Source: a virus
Lineage: Duplodnaviria > Caudoviricetes
Length of the DNA stretch: 64,000 nucleotides
Direction: 5' to 3' (one strand)
Virus record (IMG/VR): IMGVR_UViG_3300023223_000769
Location: 1,340-65,339 of that record
Shown: piece by piece, positions 61,461-64,000 of the stretch
Layout: the number at the start of each line of letters is the position of its first letter
Position numbering within the stretch: position 1 is the stretch's first letter
Program-made: the position numbers and the translations under genes
Notes under the pieces: model-generated
Told to the model about the DNA's origin: nothing
Database searches by the model: none
The model's input: only the letters and a program-made list of their open reading frames with translations

Positions 61461-61916
61461 ATGGGTAGTAATTTCAATAAAGCTTTAGATGAAAGTGATC
61501 TTCCTAGGACTCCTCCGGGTAGGCCCGTTGCCGTAGCTGATGGAAGTAACCAAGCAAAGGAGCCACTTTCTGATTGCGTGGAACGTAGAACCTTGGCTAA
61601 CTTACGCCGGGGTATGTCCAGAGGGAAAGCAGTAGCCAGTGCAATTAAGGCTTGCGAAAAGAGCAGACCGGTGAGGGGAAAAAGCGTTGTACATGTGGAC
61701 AAGGCCGGTGCAACCTTAGGGGCAGATAGTCTTCATGACCATGAGGAAAAGGTCATAGCTGAAGAACCAATAGCATCTGTGAATAAAGTGGGGGAACGTC
61801 AAAAAGGAGAATCCGTAAAGGATTGTGTTTCTCGTAAAATAGCGATTTTAATTAGAGAAGGAAAATCACAGGAACAGGCAGCAGCCGTAGCCTTTTCTTT
61901 GTGTGAGGATAGATAG
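61461..61916 (+). CDS. head-module protein with duplicated ~29 aa Cys motif
   Basis: DCVERR...G.S..KAVASAIKACE and DCVSRK...GKS..QAAAVAFSLCE. Confidence 0.65.
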   Translation: MGSNFNKALDESDLPRTPPGRPVAVADGSNQAKEPLSDCVERRTLANLRRGMSRGKAVASAIKACEKSRPVRGKSVVHVDKAGATLGADSLHDHEEKVIAEEPIASVNKVGERQKGESVKDCVSRKIAILIREGKSQEQAAAVAFSLCEDR

Positions 61917-61981
61917 TTGATATTTATGTTAAATACATGCATAATAGATCCAGACTTTGGATAATTCCATGAGGTGAATTA

Positions 61982-63901
61982 ATGTCAGATAAAAAGGATA
62001 CAAAAGAAATCACCAAATTTACAGATCCACAAAAAAAGTTTGCTGATGCAACTTTGGCAGAATACGAAGAAATCTTACATGGTAAGAAAGTTCTTCCTGT
62101 GTTCCGCAGAATGATCATGGAATTTCTCGATACGCCATACAGTGATATGGTCAAAACATCAGAGTTTATTCCTGGCTACCGTGTAAATCTCTACCGCTTC
62201 GCTCTACTAAAAATTCTTAATAAAGATGAAATAGAATTCTCAGGTAATTTTGATGGATATGGTTCTGAGGATCTAGTCCCACCAGAATTTACTTTGTTCT
62301 CTACAGGAGATGAGGAACTAGAAGGAATCGCAGAAGGAGTTATGTTCCTTAAACGTAATGGAACTAAGTTTATTATGGCCTTCGCTCCTACCTGGGGTGG
62401 TTCTGTTATGACGCTAATTGGTTTAGATAAGAAAGATTTAAGTGCTTTTATCTTGGAAATTGAGGAGTTTATTTCTGAGAATAATTTTTTAAAGGGTAAG
62501 AAAATTGACGCATTTGGTCAGTTTCTTAAACTCAAAGATTATACATGGGATGATATAATCATTCCTAGTAAGATAAGGAAGGATATTTGTACCTATACTC
62601 TGGACTATATTAAAATGATGCCAGAGTTGGCTGCAAAAGGCCTTCCAGTTAAGCGGGGCATTTTGTTAACCGGACCTCCGGGCAATGGTAAGACCTTGAT
62701 TGGTAAAATTCTAGCAAGTGCCTCCGACTGTACGTTCATATGGGTACCAAGTAATGAAACAGGATATGAACATGTTTTTAAAATGGCAAGGGAGTTATCT
62801 CCGTCTATAGTATTTATGGAAGATATCGCTTCCCATGGTGGCATGGATAGGCGACAAGTAGTTGGTTCTGACCTAAGTGGACTTTTAAATATGCTCGATG
62901 GTGTTGAGGAGAATTCCTACGTTATCACTTTGGCTACTGAGAACTATCCTGAACTTCTTGATGCGGCTTTACGAAGCAGACCTGGCCGCTTTGATGTTAG
63001 ACTAAAACTCGATAATCCCGGCTACGATCAGAGAGAGTCTATTTTGAGACATTATCTGTCTGATGTAGATTTTGAACGGATTAAGGTAATGGCCTCTAAG
63101 ACTAGTAATTATAGTTGCGCTCATTTGCGTGAACTAGCTGCACGAATAGTCATTCAATCAGAGGGTCCAGATGATGATCTGGAAATCGTACAGGATATTT
63201 CTACCACTTTCGAGATTGAAAAGAAGGAGCAAGAAAGGTTGGAGCTAGAGCTTGCTGTTCATAGGAAGAAAGATAGAAAAAAGAAAGATAGAACATATAC
63301 TAAACAACTTGAGAATGAGGGTGTACATGATCATCCCCACGATCAAGATGGTCTTCATAATCATGAAAATCTACCTGAGGGTGGAAGTCATAATCACGAA
63401 AATGATTTTGGAATGCACTGGCATAAGGAAGGCGATCCTTTAGAAGGAGGCCATCCGAATGGCGGTACTGGTATGCATAGACACATGACCGCAGAGGGTC
63501 TGGAAGAGGCGGTTGTAAAAATAACAGATGCCCACTACCCTGTACACAAATGGATTCCTAATTTTAAACAGGCCTGGATACGTCACGAAGGAGCAGAGGA
63601 ATTCAGAACAACTGATCGTAGCGATTGGGAGCAACATGCCCGGTTTTCCCTGCATTCTGCGGGGTGTAGCATTGTTGATCATATGATGGTGTTTAATAAT
63701 GAAGAAACTCGTTTGTTAGAGTTGCGTTATGAGTTAGAAGATGGCACCGTTTTCTCTCCTGGGCAGGATGAATGGGAGAAAGAGTGCGAGTGGTTTGCGG
63801 AGAACTTGCCAGAAGTAGAAGCAAAATTACCCTTAGAAGATACTGAGGAGAAAAGAATCAAGAGGATAAGAGTTAAAAAAGAAGATAAAGGTGCCTCTTG
63901 A
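61982..63901 (+). CDS. classic-clade AAA+ ATPase with His-rich C-terminal region
   Basis: RGILLTGPPGNGKT, FMEDI, LLNMLDG, LDAAL.RPGRFD; HxH repeats. Confidence 0.88.
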   Translation: MSDKKDTKEITKFTDPQKKFADATLAEYEEILHGKKVLPVFRRMIMEFLDTPYSDMVKTSEFIPGYRVNLYRFALLKILNKDEIEFSGNFDGYGSEDLVPPEFTLFSTGDEELEGIAEGVMFLKRNGTKFIMAFAPTWGGSVMTLIGLDKKDLSAFILEIEEFISENNFLKGKKIDAFGQFLKLKDYTWDDIIIPSKIRKDICTYTLDYIKMMPELAAKGLPVKRGILLTGPPGNGKTLIGKILASASDCTFIWVPSNETGYEHVFKMARELSPSIVFMEDIASHGGMDRRQVVGSDLSGLLNMLDGVEENSYVITLATENYPELLDAALRSRPGRFDVRLKLDNPGYDQRESILRHYLSDVDFERIKVMASKTSNYSCAHLRELAARIVIQSEGPDDDLEIVQDISTTFEIEKKEQERLELELAVHRKKDRKKKDRTYTKQLENEGVHDHPHDQDGLHNHENLPEGGSHNHENDFGMHWHKEGDPLEGGHPNGGTGMHRHMTAEGLEEAVVKITDAHYPVHKWIPNFKQAWIRHEGAEEFRTTDRSDWEQHARFSLHSAGCSIVDHMMVFNNEETRLLELRYELEDGTVFSPGQDEWEKECEWFAENLPEVEAKLPLEDTEEKRIKRIRVKKEDKGAS

Positions 63902-63925
63902 CTTTAAAAACTGATATATTACAAT
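63898..63925 (+). promoter_or_regulatory. sigma-70-type promoter
   Basis: TTGACT-N16-TACAAT upstream of GGAGG and ATG 63956. Confidence 0.5.
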
Positions 63926-63955
63926 TAGCTATAATCATTGGAGGATGATTTTCTT

Positions 63956-64000
63956 ATGGAAACAGCAATCGAGCAGATCAAGTCACAGCTACCGGTAGAT
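63956..64000 (+). CDS. 5' end of a gene truncated by the window edge
   Basis: GGAGG RBS; METAIEQIKSQLPVD. Confidence 0.55.
   Translation, partial: METAIEQIKSQLPVD

Noticed and set aside
64-63682. Minus-strand ORFs in the track
   Set aside because: They shadow + strand genes or tRNAs and have no recognisable motifs or RBS
61982-63901. AAA+ protein as the sigma-54 activator
   Set aside because: No GAFTGA loop or HTH; the RPGRFD motif places it in the classic AAA clade
1-64000. CRISPR array
   Set aside because: No repeat-spacer pattern seen; the repeats at 15569 and 24017 are contiguous tandem units
1-64000. Genome-wide stop-codon reassignment
   Set aside because: Long core genes are intact in code 11; TAG, TGA and TAA all end genes next to the following RBS; no CTA or TCA suppressor tRNA found

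Overview
64 kb of a large dsDNA tailed phage. Essentially all real genes are on the + strand, with no integrase and no host housekeeping genes. About 1-34 kb is an accessory region of short, Cys-rich hypothetical ORFs plus SprT, Fic, bL12-like, Rnl2-type RNA ligase, HD hydrolase, 3D-domain, a frameshifted DNA ligase, DUF932, RtcB, three type IV pilin-like genes and an SNase. About 34-55 kb holds replication and recombination genes (SbcD/SbcC, SF2 helicase, DnaB-like helicase, primase, UDG-PolA fusion, UvsY-like, SSB, RecA, resolvase-like), interrupted by a tRNA array. I read about 27 tRNAs in the window by eye, and found no Trp tRNA. About 55-64 kb begins the head module (TerS, TerL, portal, MuF-like protein, AAA+ ATPase). 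The main candidates for new biology are: (1) a phage-encoded PilX/PilV/PilA set whose major pilin has the Geobacter-type aromatic pattern; (2) three sigma-54 (-24/-12) promoters sharing an upstream enhancer-like box; (3) a ~500 nt highly paired noncoding RNA downstream of one of these promoters, several more structured RNAs abutting tRNAs, and tRNA mimics with replaced anticodon arms, in a genome carrying two RNA ligases. All calls come from manual motif and base-pairing reading; no database search was run. A deltaproteobacteria-like host is inferred only from pilin style and sigma-54 use.
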